Assembly: GCA_963754315.1 (NCBI GenBank)
Contig: CAVWFS010000018.1
Coordinates: 800,001 to 864,000 of the forward strand
Length of the DNA stretch: 64,000 nt
Reading direction: 5' to 3'
From: an uncultured Candidatus Rokubacteria bacterium
GTDB lineage: Bacteria; Methylomirabilota; Methylomirabilia; Rokubacteriales; CSP1-6
The notes under the pieces are model-generated. The model saw only the letters and a program-made list of their open reading frames with translations, did not search any database and was not told the DNA's origin. Shown here in pieces: positions 44,309 through 56,094 of this stretch; position 1 is the first letter of the stretch, and every line of letters starts with the position of its first letter. The translations under genes and the position numbers were made by a program.

Positions 44309-45836
44309 GTGCCTTCCACCGAAACCCTGACGTACGCGGCGGCGGCCGCCGCCGGCGGACTCGCGCTCGCGTTGGCATATCCGAACTTCGAGTTCACCGC
44401 CCTGGCCTGGACGGGGCTGGCCCCGGTCATCGTCATAGCGCTGTGGCAGCGCCCGGCCGCGGCCTTCGGCTGGGGCTGGCTGGCTGGTCTCCTGTTCTTC
44501 TTCACACTTCTCAGCTGGCTTAACTTCACCTTCAGCGTGTACAGCACTATTCCCGGACCGCTCATCTACGTGCCCACCATTGCCCTCGCCTCCTACTGTG
44601 CGCTGTACGTCGCCCTCTTCGCGGCGGCCCTCGCCTGGGTGGCCGGACGCGGCACGATGGCGTGGGCCCTGCTCTGCGCGCCCTTCTTCTGGGTGGCCGC
44701 CGAGTGGGTGCGCGGACATCTCATGGGCGGATTCCCATGGGGGCTCTTGGGGTACTCGCAGTATCGCGAGCTGCGGGTCATCCAGATTGCCGAGCTCGGC
44801 GGAGTCTACGCCGTGTCGTTCGTGGTCGTCGCAGCCAACAGCGCGCTCGCCGGGCTTTTCGTTCTCCGCTGGCGGCCAGCTCTCATCGGTCTGGTTGGTG
44901 GAAGCATGCTCGTCCTGGCCACCCTAGGCTTCGGCGCGATGCGCCTCGCGCAATGGGGGGCCGCGCGCGGCGAAGTTCACATCGGCATCATGCAGCCGGC
45001 CATCGAGCAGCCGCTCAAGTTCGATCCCAACCATGCCGCCCAGACCTTGGGGATTTACCTGGAACTCACGCGGCGTGCCGCACGCGACCGGCCCCAGCTC
45101 TTGGTGTGGCCCGAGACGGCGATGCCAACTGCCCTGCGCCGCGACACGATGCTGCAGCGGCTGTTGACCGACACGGTAGGGGCCCTGGACATGCCTCTGC
45201 TCGTCGGCTCCATCGATGTGACAGAGGGCCGCCCCGTCCGGTACCAGAACACCGCGTTCCTGATCACCCGAGACGGGATCGCCCAGCGATATGATAAGAT
45301 TCAACTAGTTCCCTTTGGTGAGTACGTGCCCTTTTCCGCTCTGCTGGGGTTCGTGCGAGGCTGGGCTGAGTTCGTCGCCGATCTGGAGCCCGGTCTCCGG
45401 CCGGTCGTCTTCAGCGGCCCTCCCTCGCCCTTCGGTGTCGTGATCTGTTACGAGGGTATCTTCCCCGAGCTGGTGCGCGAGTTTGTGAAGGATGGTGCAC
45501 GCTTCATGGTGAACATGACGAACGATGCCTGGTTCGGGCGGACGAGCGGTCCTGCTCAGCACCTGGCCATGTACCCGTTGCGCGCCGTTGAGCATCGCCT
45601 TGCCGTGGTCCGTGCGGCCAATACAGGGATCTCTGCCTTCATCGCCCCGACGGGGCGCATCGTGCGTCGCTTGCCGCTCTTCGAACGCAGCGTCATGACC
45701 GACACGGTGCCTCTGCGGGAAGGCCGCACCCTGTACACCCGCTTCGGTGACTGGTTGGCCTGGCTGTCCTCTAGGGGTGACAGGGGTTGCGCTGGCGGTG
45801 GCGTGGCGACGGTCGCCGACCGGGGAGCGCGCGTAA
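44309..45836 (+). CDS. lnt: Apolipoprotein N-acyltransferase; +1 frameshift near 45770 hides the true C-terminus
   Basis: GGFPW, WPETA, YDKIQLVPFGEY, ICYEG, TNDAWF, RAANTGIS; corrected tail LSLGVTGVALAVAWRR..* ends TAA 45834-45836 overlapping the prfB ATG. Confidence 0.9.
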
Positions 45837-46937
45837 TGCATGCGGACAGCAAGCGCGAACTGGCCGAGCTGACGCGCCGTCTCGACGAATTTCGGAGGCA
45901 TCTTTGACGTTCCGGCCAAGGAGAAGCGACTGGCTGAGCTCGAGAAAGAGATGGGCTCGCCCGCATTCTGGGAGGACAATCGGCGCGCGCAGGAGCTGAT
46001 CCGCGAGCGAAGCGAGTTGTCCCGGCTGACGGGGACCTTGGCGGATCTGGCCAACAGTGCCGAGGATCTCTCCGTGCTGCTCGAGCTAGCCTCCGAGGAG
46101 GATGACGGGTCCCTTGACGGCGAGATCGCGACGGGGCTGGGTCGCCTCCGCCAGGCTCTGGACGAGTTCGAGCTCAAGATCATGCTGTCGGGCCCGCATG
46201 ATGGGAAGGCCGCTATCGTCTCTATCCACCCCGGCGCCGGTGGCACGGAATCCCAAGATTGGGCCCAGATGCTCATGCGGATGTACCTGCGCTGGTGTGA
46301 GCGAGTGGGGCTCAAGGGCGAGGTGGTGGATTTGCTCCCGGGTGACGAAGCAGGTATCAAGTCGGTCACCATCGAGGTCAGCGGCGAGTACGCCTACGGG
46401 TACCTGCGCGGGGAGACAGGAGTACATCGCCTCGTGCGCATCTCACCGTTCGATGCGTCCAAGCGTCGGCAGACGAGCTTCGCTTCGGTGGCAGTTACCC
46501 CCGAGGTCGACGACGTCGAGGTGGTGGTCAAGGAAGAGGACATCCGTGTCGACGTCTACCGGTCGTCGGGGCCGGGAGGGCAGGGAGTCAATACGGCCGA
46601 CTCCGCTGTCCGGCTCACCCACTTGCCGACCGGCATCGTGGTCGCCTGTCAGAACGAGCGGTCGCAGTTAAGGAACCGGGATACGGCCATGCGGATTCTC
46701 AAAGCCAGGCTCTACGAGCTGGCCGAGAAGAAGCAGCGGGAGGAGCTGGCCGAGTTGACCGGACACAAGAAGGAGATCGCCTTCGGCAGCCAGATCCGAT
46801 CCTACACTTTTCACCCCTACCAGCTCATCAAGGACCATCGGACGGCGCTGGAAGTGGGCAACGTGGAGGCGGTGATGGACGGCGCGCTCGACGAATTCAT
46901 CAAAGCGTATCTCCTGTGGTCGCGGGGACGCGCGTGA
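45836..46937 (+). CDS. prfB: Peptide chain release factor 2 with programmed +1 frameshift
   Basis: GGAGG-CAT-CTT-TGA-C at 45894-45908; SPF and GGQ motifs downstream. Confidence 0.97.
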
Positions 46938-48451
46938 GCGAGTCGGGCCTCCCCGAACAGGTTCGCCAGCGGCACGAGAAGCTGGCCGCCCTGCGGAGGC
47001 GGGGCATCGATCCCTTCGGGGGGCGCCATGCCGTGACCCACTGGGCGAAAGGGCTGACGCAGGCGCTGGGGGCGGCCAGCGACGACGAGCTGAAGGCCTT
47101 TGGGCCTGTGAGCATGGCCGGTCGCATCGTCGCCCTGCGCGACCACGGTAAGACCTGCTTCGCCCAGCTCATGGATCATAGCGGCCGCATTCAGCTCTAT
47201 GCCCGCGCCGATCAGCTCGGCGAGGAGTATCGGCTCTTTCGCGACCTCGACATCGGGGACTTCGTCGGCGTGACGGGGGAGCTGTTCCGCACGCGCACGG
47301 GGCAACTCACGGTGGGAGTGAAGGTCGCCACCTTCTTGGGTAAGGCCCTGCGGCCCCTGCCCGAGAAATGGCACGGCCTGCGCGATGTCGAGACCCGCTA
47401 CCGCCGACGCTACGTCGATCTCATCGTGAACCCGGACACGCGTGAGATCTTCGTCCTCCGCAGCCGACTGGTCCGTGCCCTGCGCGAGTTCCTCGATGTC
47501 CGGGGGTTCCTCGAGGTCGAGACGCCCATGATGCAGCTCATACCCGGCGGGGCGACCGCGCGGCCGTTCGTGACCCATCACAACACGCTCGGCCTCGATC
47601 TCTACCTCCGCGTCGCGCCCGAGCTGTACCTCAAGCGGCTCGTGGTGGGGGGATTCGAGCGCGTCTACGAGATCAACCGGAACTTCCGCAACGAGGGAGT
47701 GTCGACCCAGCACAATCCCGAGTTCACCATGCTCGAGTTTTACCAGGCCTATGCGGACTACACCGACCTCATGGAGCTGACAGAAGAGCTGTTCGGGGAA
47801 TTGGCCCAGAACCTGGTCGGCCGTCTCGACGTCACCTGGGGCGAGCACGCGATCGATCTGACGCCACCCTGGCCGCGCCTGCCGTTCTTCGCCGGTCTCT
47901 CGCGCGCGCTGGGGATGATGGTGACGCCGGCCACCGAGCGCGGCCTCCTGACGGAGGCGGCCCAGGCGCGCGGCGTGAACAGCGATCCCGGCGCCCCCCT
48001 CGCCACGCTCTGGAAGGACGCCTTCGAGGCTCTGGTGGAGCCGACCTTGGTCGCCCCGACCTTCGTCGTCGATTTCCCGGTCGAGTTGTCGCCCCTTTCC
48101 AAGCGGAAGACGAGTGACCCAAGGCTGGTGGACCGCTTCGAGCTGTTCATCGGACAGCGCGAGCTGGCCAATGCCTATAGCGAGCTGAACGATCCTATCG
48201 ACCAGCGGGCGCGCTTCCTCGAGCAGGTGGCGGCCCGCGCCGACGGCGATGACGAGGCGCACTGGCTCGATGAGGACTACGTTCGCGCGCTCGAGTATGG
48301 CCTTCCCCCCACGGCCGGAGAGGGCATCGGTATCGACCGGCTCGTCATGCTCTTCGCTAATCAGCCATCGATCCGGGAGGTCATCCTCTTCCCCCACCTG
48401 CGCCCCGAGCGGGGACGGCCCGCCGAGGACGACGGGACGGAGGACGTGTGA
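46934..48451 (+). CDS. lysS: Lysine--tRNA ligase (class II)
   Basis: [49 protein letters not shown]. Confidence 0.97.
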   Translation: MSESGLPEQVRQRHEKLAALRRRGIDPFGGRHAVTHWAKGLTQALGAASDDELKAFGPVSMAGRIVALRDHGKTCFAQLMDHSGRIQLYARADQLGEEYRLFRDLDIGDFVGVTGELFRTRTGQLTVGVKVATFLGKALRPLPEKWHGLRDVETRYRRRYVDLIVNPDTREIFVLRSRLVRALREFLDVRGFLEVETPMMQLIPGGATARPFVTHHNTLGLDLYLRVAPELYLKRLVVGGFERVYEINRNFRNEGVSTQHNPEFTMLEFYQAYADYTDLMELTEELFGELAQNLVGRLDVTWGEHAIDLTPPWPRLPFFAGLSRALGMMVTPATERGLLTEAAQARGVNSDPGAPLATLWKDAFEALVEPTLVAPTFVVDFPVELSPLSKRKTSDPRLVDRFELFIGQRELANAYSELNDPIDQRARFLEQVAARADGDDEAHWLDEDYVRALEYGLPPTAGEGIGIDRLVMLFANQPSIREVILFPHLRPERGRPAEDDGTEDV

Positions 48452-49683
48452 GCCGGGGGGCCTCGTTCGAGCTGTTCCTTGGCCTGCGTTACCTGCGGGC
48501 GCGGGGTCAACGGGCGAATATGTCGCTCTTCGTGTGGATCGGGGTCGGTGGCGTGTTCCTCGGAGTCGCCGCCCTCATCGTGGTCCTGGCCGTGATGACC
48601 GGTTTCCAGGACGGGATTCGCGACCGGATGATCGCGGGCAATCCCCACCTGATCGTCCTGCAGGTGGGCGGCCGCGGTCTCAGTGACGCCAACACGGTCG
48701 CCCGGCGCGTGGAGCGCGTGCCAGGGATCGTTTCGGCGACTCCCTTTGTGCTCCAGCAAGCCCTCTTCACCAGCCAGGGCGGAGGCGCTCACGGGGGTTT
48801 GGTGCGCGGCGTGGATCTCTCGGCGCCGTCCATGGTTGCCATCCTCCAGGGACAGCTCAGACGCGGTACGTTGGGACCCCTCGTCAAGGGCGAGCCAGCC
48901 ATCCTGCTCGGTGCGGAACTGGCCCGGACCTTGGGGGTGACCGTGGGCGACTCGGTCACGCTCATCTCTCCCCAAGGGGCGCTCACTGCGGTCGGCATGG
49001 TCCCCAAGATGCGGCGCTTCACCGTGGCGGGAACGATCGGTATCGGGATGCACGATCTGGACGCGTCGATCGGGTACGTGCCCCTGATCGCCGCCCAGGA
49101 GTTCGCGGGGCTCCCCGGGGCCGTCACCGGCATCGAAGTGAAGCTCAACGATCCGTTCGCCGCCAAGCGGGTGGGGCGCGCGGTGACCGCCGAGCTTGGG
49201 CGCGGGTTCTGGGTGCGCGACTGGATGGACGACAATCGCAATCTATTCGCCGCGCTGCAGCTCGAGAAGCTCGCCCTCTTCATCATCGTGACCATGATCG
49301 TGCTGGTGGCCGCCTTTGCCATCATCGGGCATTTGGTGCTTCTGGTGGCGGAGAAGCGCAAGGAAATCGGGATCCTGAAGGCCATCGGGGCGTCCAATGC
49401 CAGCATCACCACGGTGTTCTTCGTCATCGGAATGACCATCGGGCTGGTGGGCACCGTGAGCGGAAGCGCGGTAGGTCTCGCCATCATCTGGCTGCAGAAC
49501 ACGTTCAAGATCATCCGGCTCGCCGGTGACGTGTACCAGATCGACCACTTGCCGATGAAGCTGACCGCGGGCGACTTCGCCCTGGTGGTCGGCTCCACCC
49601 TGCTCCTGTCCTTTCTGGCGACCGTCTTCCCGGCTCGCCGGGCTGGCTCTCTGGCACCCGTCGACGTGCTGCGCTATGAGTGA
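48448..49683 (+). CDS. Lipoprotein-releasing ABC transporter permease LolC/E
   Basis: [41 protein letters not shown]. Confidence 0.92.
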   Translation: MSRGASFELFLGLRYLRARGQRANMSLFVWIGVGGVFLGVAALIVVLAVMTGFQDGIRDRMIAGNPHLIVLQVGGRGLSDANTVARRVERVPGIVSATPFVLQQALFTSQGGGAHGGLVRGVDLSAPSMVAILQGQLRRGTLGPLVKGEPAILLGAELARTLGVTVGDSVTLISPQGALTAVGMVPKMRRFTVAGTIGIGMHDLDASIGYVPLIAAQEFAGLPGAVTGIEVKLNDPFAAKRVGRAVTAELGRGFWVRDWMDDNRNLFAALQLEKLALFIIVTMIVLVAAFAIIGHLVLLVAEKRKEIGILKAIGASNASITTVFFVIGMTIGLVGTVSGSAVGLAIIWLQNTFKIIRLAGDVYQIDHLPMKLTAGDFALVVGSTLLLSFLATVFPARRAGSLAPVDVLRYE

Positions 49684-50389
49684 CGGGGAGGGGGCGCGCT
49701 TGCTCATGGCAGACGAGCTCGAGAAGGAGTATCGATCTGGCCCGGAAGTCGTGCGTGTGCTGCGAGGAGCCTCGCTCAGCGTGAGCGCAGCAGAGGCCGT
49801 CGCCCTAGTCGGCGCCTCCGGGGTGGGCAAGTCGACCCTGCTCCACATTTTGGGCGCCCTCGATCGCCCGACGGCGGGGCGCGTTCTGTTCACGGGTGAG
49901 GACATCTTCACCCGCAGCGAGGCAGGACTCACGCGCTTCCGCCGCCACGAGGTAGGGTTCGTGTTCCAGTTCTACAATCTCCTCGGTGAGATGACGGCCC
50001 TGGAGAACACGATGCTCCCCGCGCTGCTCGAGCGGACCTCCGTGGGCGCGGCCCGCACGCGCGCGGCCGAGGCACTCGCCGAGGTGGGGCTGGCCGATCG
50101 TCTCCGCCACCGTCCGGGAGAGCTGTCTGGAGGCGAGCAGCAGCGGGTCGCCATCGCGCGCGCGCTCATGAATCATCCGCGCCTGATCCTGGCCGACGAG
50201 CCGACGGGGAACCTGGACCCGAAGACGAGCGAGGTCATTTACGAGCTCTTCCTGAGGCTGCAGGCGGAGCGGGGCATCGCGTTCCTCGTCGCCACCCACA
50301 ATCCCGAACTCGCTCGGAAGATGGATCGCTCGTATCGACTCGTCGAGGGACGCGCGCTGGAGGAGCCTCGTCGGGAGGGGGGCACGTGA
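49676..50389 (+). CDS. lolD: Lipoprotein-releasing ABC transporter ATPase
   Basis: GASGVGKST, LSGGEQQRVAIARAL, ADEPTGNLD; follows lolC/E. Confidence 0.9.
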   Translation: MSDGEGARLLMADELEKEYRSGPEVVRVLRGASLSVSAAEAVALVGASGVGKSTLLHILGALDRPTAGRVLFTGEDIFTRSEAGLTRFRRHEVGFVFQFYNLLGEMTALENTMLPALLERTSVGAARTRAAEALAEVGLADRLRHRPGELSGGEQQRVAIARALMNHPRLILADEPTGNLDPKTSEVIYELFLRLQAERGIAFLVATHNPELARKMDRSYRLVEGRALEEPRREGGT

Positions 50390-50542
50390 GGGTGGCTTTG
50401 AAATTTCGCGGGGTTCGACGACAGGTGACGAAAAAGTCTGGCGACGTTCTTGACGGTGGGGTATAGTGGATTCGACTAACTAGCCGTCCGCCAAAGGAAA
50501 TTTAGCTGCGGGGGCGCCGAAAAGGGGTGAGGGGGCCAACCT

Positions 50543-52991
50543 GTGTTTGAACGGTTCACGGAACGGGCGCGGCGAGTAATCATCCTGGCACGTGAAGAGG
50601 CGGGGCGTTTCCGCCACGATTTCGTTGGTACGGAGCACGTCCTCCTCGGCTTGATCCGTGACGGGGAGGGTATTGCGACTGCCGTGTTGCAACGCCTGGG
50701 ACTGCGGTTGGAGACGGTCAAGGCTGAGGTTGAGCGGGCGCTGGCGGGGTTCCCCAAGACGCTGACGTTCGGCGAGGTGCCTTTCACGCCCCAGGCCAAG
50801 CGGGTTCTCGAGCTGTCGATCGAGGAGGCTCGTCAGCTCGGCCACAACTACATCGGGACCGAACATCTCCTCCTGGGCCTCATGAAGGAAGGCCAGTCCA
50901 TCGCGGCCAAGATTCTCGAGTCGCTGGGCGCTCGTCTGGACGAGGTGCGCCAGGAGACGCTGGCTCTTCTGGGTGACCAGTACTATCCCCGCCCCAAAAA
51001 GCGCTCGCAGACTCCCGTCCTGGACGAGTTCGCCCGCGACCTCACTCAGCTGGCCCGAGAAACGAAGCTCGACCCCGTCATCGGGCGCGAGCAGGAGATC
51101 GAGCGGGTCATCCAGATCCTCGCCCGTCGTACCAAGAACAATCCCGTCCTCATCGGGGAGCCGGGCGTGGGCAAGACGGCCATCGTCGAGGGGCTGGCCC
51201 AGAAGATCGTCGCCCACGACGTGCCCGACGTGCTCGTGAACAAGCGCCTGCTGCAGCTCGACCTGGGAGCCCTCGTAGCCGGTACGAAGTACCGCGGCCA
51301 GTTCGAGGAGCGCCTGAAGGCCGTGATGAAGGAGATCCGCCAGTCGGAGAACGTCGTACTCTTCCTCGATGAGCTGCACACGCTCATCGGGGCGGGGGCG
51401 GCCGAGGGCGCCATCGACGCCTCCAACATGCTGAAGCCCGCCCTGTCGAGAGGTGAGATCCAGACCATCGGCGCCACGACCCTCGACGAGTACCGCAAGT
51501 ACATCGAGAAGGACGGGGCCCTGGAGCGGCGCTTTCAGCCTGTCATCGTGCGCGCGCCCAGCGTGCCAGAGGCCATCGAGATCATCCGCGGTCTGCGTCA
51601 CAAGTACGAAGCTCATCATCGCGTGAAGATCACGGAGCAGGCCATCAACGCCGCCGTGATGCTGGCGGACCGCTACATCACCGACCGTCAGCTTCCCGAC
51701 AAGGCCATCGACGTCATCGACGAGGCTTCGTCCCGGACGCGGCTCATGGCCCTGACCCCTCCGGCCGAGATCAAGGATCTCGAAAAGGAGCTGGAGACGG
51801 GTCATCCGCGAGAAGGACATGTACCTGGAGGCCCAGGAGTTCGAGAAGGCGGCTGCGCTCAGGGAGAAGGAGAAGGTGCTCCGCGCCCGCGAAGAGGATC
51901 TGAAGCGGGAGTGGGAGAAGAACAAGGGCAAGGGTACCCAGTCGGTGGGGGAAGAGGACATCGAGTTCATCGTCTCGCGCTGGACGGGAATCCCCCTTGC
52001 CAAGCTCGAGGAGAAGGAGTCGGAGAAGCTCTCACGCATGGAAGAAGCTCTCCATGGCCGCATCGTGGGCCAGAACGACGCGGTGACGGCAGTGGCCAGG
52101 GCTATCCGCCGCTCCCGGGCAGGGCTGAAGGACGCCAAGCGACCTGTAGGCTCGTTCGTCTTCCTGGGCCCGACCGGGGTGGGCAAGACCGAACTGGCCC
52201 GGACCCTGGCCGAATATCTCTTCGGCGACGAGAACGCCCTGATCCGCGTGGACATGTCGGAGTACATGGAGAAGTTCTCGGTGTCGCGCCTGCTCGGCGC
52301 TCCTCCTGGCTACGTCGGTTATGAGGAGGGCGGCTACCTGACCGAGAAGGTGCGACGGCGCCCGTACTCGGTCGTGCTGTTCGATGAGATCGAGAAGGCC
52401 CACCCCGACGTCTTCAACATGCTGTTGCAGGTGCTCGACGACGGCCGCTTGACCGATTCTCTCGGGCATGTCGTCGATTTCAAGAACACCATCCTCATCA
52501 TGACCTCCAACCTGGGAACCAGCCTCATCGGTAAACGCACCTCGCCCGGGTTCCTGCAGGAGTCCGACGAGGCCTCCTACGAGAAGATGAAGGATCGGGT
52601 GATGGAGGAGTTGAAGCGCGCCTTCCGCCCGGAATTCCTCAACCGGATCGACGATATCATCGTCTTCCACGCCCTGTCGCTGGACCATATCAAGGTCATC
52701 ATTCGCTTGATGGTGGACCGCATCAACAAGCAACTCGTGGAGAAGGGCATCGAGCTGGCCCTGACCCCCGGCGCCGAAACGGCCCTGGTCGAGAAGGGCT
52801 ACGATCCCACCTACGGAGCGCGGCAGCTCAGGCGGACCATCCAGAAGCACGTGGAGGATCCGCTGGCGGAGGCGATCGTACGCGGCCAAGTGCCAGAGAG
52901 CGCGCGGATCGAGGTCGATATCGAGGGAGGGGCCTTCGTGTTCCGTGAGATCCGGGCGATCGAGACACCCCTCGCCCTGGCTGAACACTAG
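50543..52991 (+). CDS. clpC: ATP-dependent Clp protease ATPase ClpC; +1 frameshift near 51797
   Basis: [11 protein letters not shown]lp-N repeats, [11 protein letters not shown]-like [27 protein letters not shown]; removing one A gives [12 protein letters not shown]. Confidence 0.92.
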
Positions 52992-53013
52992 TCGGCCGCT
53001 GCCGAGCCACGAA

Positions 53014-55296
53014 GTGGCGGCCGGCGCCCAGCGGCGTCGCGTGGGTTGGGTTACGCTGCTGGTGGGTCTCCTGACGTCGGTTGGGTGGGCCGCGCTGGCT
53101 CATGCCCAGCAGCAGCAGCCGCCCATCACCATCAAGGACGTGACCGTCGAGGGCAATCGCCGCGTGCAGGAGGCGGTCATCCTCGGCCGAGTGCGGAGTA
53201 CGGTCGGCGGCACGTTCAGCGCCACTCAGCTCTCGGACGATATCCGCGCCGTCTTCGCGCTCGGCTTCTTCGACGACGTGCAGGCCCGCGTGACCGACTT
53301 CGAGGGAGGCGTGCGCCTGACCTTCGCGGTGAAGGAGCGGCCTTTCGTGCGGGACGTGACCTTTGCCGGCAACAAGACGTTCAGCACGGCGACGCTCCTG
53401 GAGAAAATCGACGTCAAGCTCGGGAGCGTGTACAACCCGGTGGACGTGCAACGGTCGGTCGATTCCCTCAAGACCTACTACGAAGAGGACGGGTACCTGG
53501 AGGCGCGGATCACGCCCGACATCGAACGCTTCGACGACGGCGACGTCCGGGTGACCTTCAGCATCAACGAGGGGCGCCGCATCACCATCAACCGCGTGGT
53601 GATCATCGGGAACCAGGGGCTCACCGCCCAGCAGATCAGACTGGCGATGAACACCCAGGAGCGCGAGTACTTCATCTTCCGGGGGAAGGTGCAGCGGCAG
53701 AAGCTCGACGAGGACGTGGAGCGAATCCTCGCCCTCTACAACGACCACGGCTTCATCCAGGCTCGGGTAGAGCGCACCGACATCACGCTTGACCGCGCCC
53801 GGGCCGAGGCCGTGGTCACCATCACGGTAGTGGAGGGGCCGCAGTTCCGGGTGGGTGAGGTCAACGTCACCGGGGTGACCCTGCTTCCAACCTCGGAGGT
53901 CGAGCGGCAGTTCAAGCTCAAACCCGGCGATGTCTTCTCGCGGACGAAGCTGCGGGAGACCGTGGGTGCCATCACCGATCTCTTCAGTACCATCGGCCGG
54001 GCCTCGGTGGATGTGCTCCCCCGCACGGAGAACATTCCGTCGCCCCCCACCGTCAACATCACCTATGAGATCACCGAAGGCCCCGAAGTGTACGTCGAGC
54101 GTATCAATATCGCGGGGAACACCCGGAGTGAGGACAAGATCCTCCGCCGCGAGATCCCCATGGCCGAGGGTGAACTGTTCACCCTCAAGAAGCTGACCAC
54201 CGCCCGCCAGCGCCTGGTCAACCTGGGGTACTTCGAAACGGTCAACGCCACGACCCAGCCCGGATCGGATCCCGCCAAGATCATCGTGAACTTCGAGGTC
54301 ACCGAGAAGCCGTCCGGGATCTTCAGCATCGGCGGCGGGTACTCGTCGGCGGACAGCTTCGTAGGGACCATCGATCTTGCTCAGAACAACTTCCTGGGCC
54401 GCGGATACCAGGCATCCATTCGAATTCGGGCGGGGGAGCTGACCCAGCAGGGGATCATCAGCTTCACCGATCCGTGGTTGTTCGATATGCCGCTGGCCGG
54501 AGGCTTTGATCTGTTTCTGACCCAGCGCGACTACACTGAGTATACGTACGCATCGCTGGGCGGCGTCGTCCGCCTCAGCAAACCCTTCGAGGAATTCTGG
54601 CGCGCGACGGCCTCCTACCGGCTCTCCCGGGACACGGTCTCCGATGTCAGGCAATTCGACCCCCCCTCGCCGTTGCAGGAGCAAGAGGGAACCACCATCA
54701 CGTCGATGGTCTCGAGTGCGGTTGTCCGCGACACCCGCGACAGCACGGCCTCGCCCAGCAAGGGCGGCCAGTTCTCGCTCGCCGGCGACTTCGCCGGGCT
54801 GGGGGGCGACAATCGTTTCGTCAAGTTCATCGGGTCGATCTCGAATTTCTGGTCTGTCTGGTTTGGCCACATTGTCGCTGGCCGGCTGGAGGGCGGATAC
54901 CTCGCCGGAATCAATCAGGCCACCCCACTGTTCGAGCGCTTCTTCCTGGGGGGGCCGAACTCTCTGCGGGGATGGAAGTTCCGGGATATCACGCCGCTGG
55001 ATCAAAACAACCAGCAGACAGGCGGAAACAGTCAAATCCTGGCGAACGTTGAGTACTTGATCCCGCTGCCCTTTAACTTGCGTCTCGCGCTCTTCGTGGA
55101 CATTGGCAACGTGTACGGATTCTCGGCCCCGTTTGACATCACGAGACTCAACGCCGATGTCGGCGCCGGCCTGCGCTGGCTCTCCCCGTTCGGGCCCCTC
55201 CGTGTGGACTATGGAATCAAGGTTCTCAAGGATTCGCGCACCAGCCAGGATAACGACTTTGGCGCGATCCAGTTCTCCGTGGGAGCTCCGTTCTGA
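53014..55296 (+). CDS. bamA: Outer membrane protein assembly factor BamA (start approximate)
   Basis: Signal peptide, POTRA repeats (VEGNRRV, GNTRSEDKILRRE), LGGPNSLRGW, SPFGP, C-terminal F. Confidence 0.93.
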   Translation: MAAGAQRRRVGWVTLLVGLLTSVGWAALAHAQQQQPPITIKDVTVEGNRRVQEAVILGRVRSTVGGTFSATQLSDDIRAVFALGFFDDVQARVTDFEGGVRLTFAVKERPFVRDVTFAGNKTFSTATLLEKIDVKLGSVYNPVDVQRSVDSLKTYYEEDGYLEARITPDIERFDDGDVRVTFSINEGRRITINRVVIIGNQGLTAQQIRLAMNTQEREYFIFRGKVQRQKLDEDVERILALYNDHGFIQARVERTDITLDRARAEAVVTITVVEGPQFRVGEVNVTGVTLLPTSEVERQFKLKPGDVFSRTKLRETVGAITDLFSTIGRASVDVLPRTENIPSPPTVNITYEITEGPEVYVERINIAGNTRSEDKILRREIPMAEGELFTLKKLTTARQRLVNLGYFETVNATTQPGSDPAKIIVNFEVTEKPSGIFSIGGGYSSADSFVGTIDLAQNNFLGRGYQASIRIRAGELTQQGIISFTDPWLFDMPLAGGFDLFLTQRDYTEYTYASLGGVVRLSKPFEEFWRATASYRLSRDTVSDVRQFDPPSPLQEQEGTTITSMVSSAVVRDTRDSTASPSKGGQFSLAGDFAGLGGDNRFVKFIGSISNFWSVWFGHIVAGRLEGGYLAGINQATPLFERFFLGGPNSLRGWKFRDITPLDQNNQQTGGNSQILANVEYLIPLPFNLRLALFVDIGNVYGFSAPFDITRLNADVGAGLRWLSPFGPLRVDYGIKVLKDSRTSQDNDFGAIQFSVGAPF

Positions 55297-55409
55297 CGTC
55301 GATGTCTCGGCAAAGAGCGTGACCCTGTTGATCGCGGGGCGGGCCCGGTGCGGGCGGCCGGGTGCCTGACAAGCTCGTCGCCGCCCCTGTTCTTGGGATA
55401 CCGTGGAGT

Positions 55410-55509
55410 GTCGGGGGGAGCGGCGCTCGCGGTGGCCCGCGATGAATCGCGTAGGGTCGTCGAGAAGCGGCGGGGGGGGTCGGGGGGAGCGGTGCTCGCT
55501 CCCCCCGAC
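55410..55509. repeat. G-rich direct repeat ending in a perfect 13-bp hairpin
   Basis: GTCGGGGGGAGCGG(C/T)GCTCGC at 55410 and 55479; GTCGGGGGGAGCG-GTGCT-CGCTCCCCCCGAC at 55479-55509. Confidence 0.75.
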
Positions 55510-55527
55510 ATTCATAAGGAGGATTTG

Positions 55528-56094
55528 ATGAAGAAGGCAGTGGTGATAACCGTGAGTGTGATCGCGGCGATGACGGTTGGAGCCTGGCTGGCCGGTGCTC
55601 AGGCCCCGGCCCCTGCCCCCGCCCCCGCCCAGAAAGTCGGCTCGGTAGACGTGCAGCGTGTGCTGGCCCGGGCCCAGGGAGGTGTGGCCGCCCGCGAGCA
55701 ACTCGAACGCGAGAAGGCCACCATGCAGAAGGAGATGGACGGCCGCCGCGTCGAGATCGAGAAGCTGAAAGAGGAGATCGAGAAGAAGGGCCCGCTCATG
55801 ACGGTCGAAGTGCGCCGAGAACGGCAGGACCTCTTCGAGCGCAAGCGCCGCGACGCGGCGCGACTGGCCGACGATCTCCAGAAGGAGCTCGAGAAGAAAG
55901 AGTCGGGGTTGCTTCAGAAGGTTCTGGCCGACCTGGCGGGAGTGATCGATCGAGTGGGCAAGGCGAAGGGCTACTTGCTCGTGGTTGAGCGCGCGCGGGG
56001 TGGGGTGCTGTACGTGGCCGCCGAGGCAGACCTCACCGATGAGGTCATCCGCGCCTACGACCAGGATTTGCAGAGCAAGGGAGGCAAGAAATAG
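55528..56094 (+). CDS. skp: OmpH/Skp periplasmic chaperone
   Basis: AAGGAGG RBS, signal peptide, KVGSVDVQRVL, coiled coil, DLTDEVI. Confidence 0.9.
   Translation: MKKAVVITVSVIAAMTVGAWLAGAQAPAPAPAPAQKVGSVDVQRVLARAQGGVAAREQLEREKATMQKEMDGRRVEIEKLKEEIEKKGPLMTVEVRRERQDLFERKRRDAARLADDLQKELEKKESGLLQKVLADLAGVIDRVGKAKGYLLVVERARGGVLYVAAEADLTDEVIRAYDQDLQSKGGKK

Noticed and set aside
44309..45907. Lnt-RF2 N-terminus fusion
   Set aside because: Artefact of one inserted base near 45770; the corrected lnt ends with a TM helix and TAA overlapping the prfB ATG
52828..55701. Long antisense ORFs (957 aa here; also 50480-52267, 34217-36139, 46817-48397, 12145-13845)
   Set aside because: Antisense shadows of well-supported genes, expected with high-GC codon bias; no motifs
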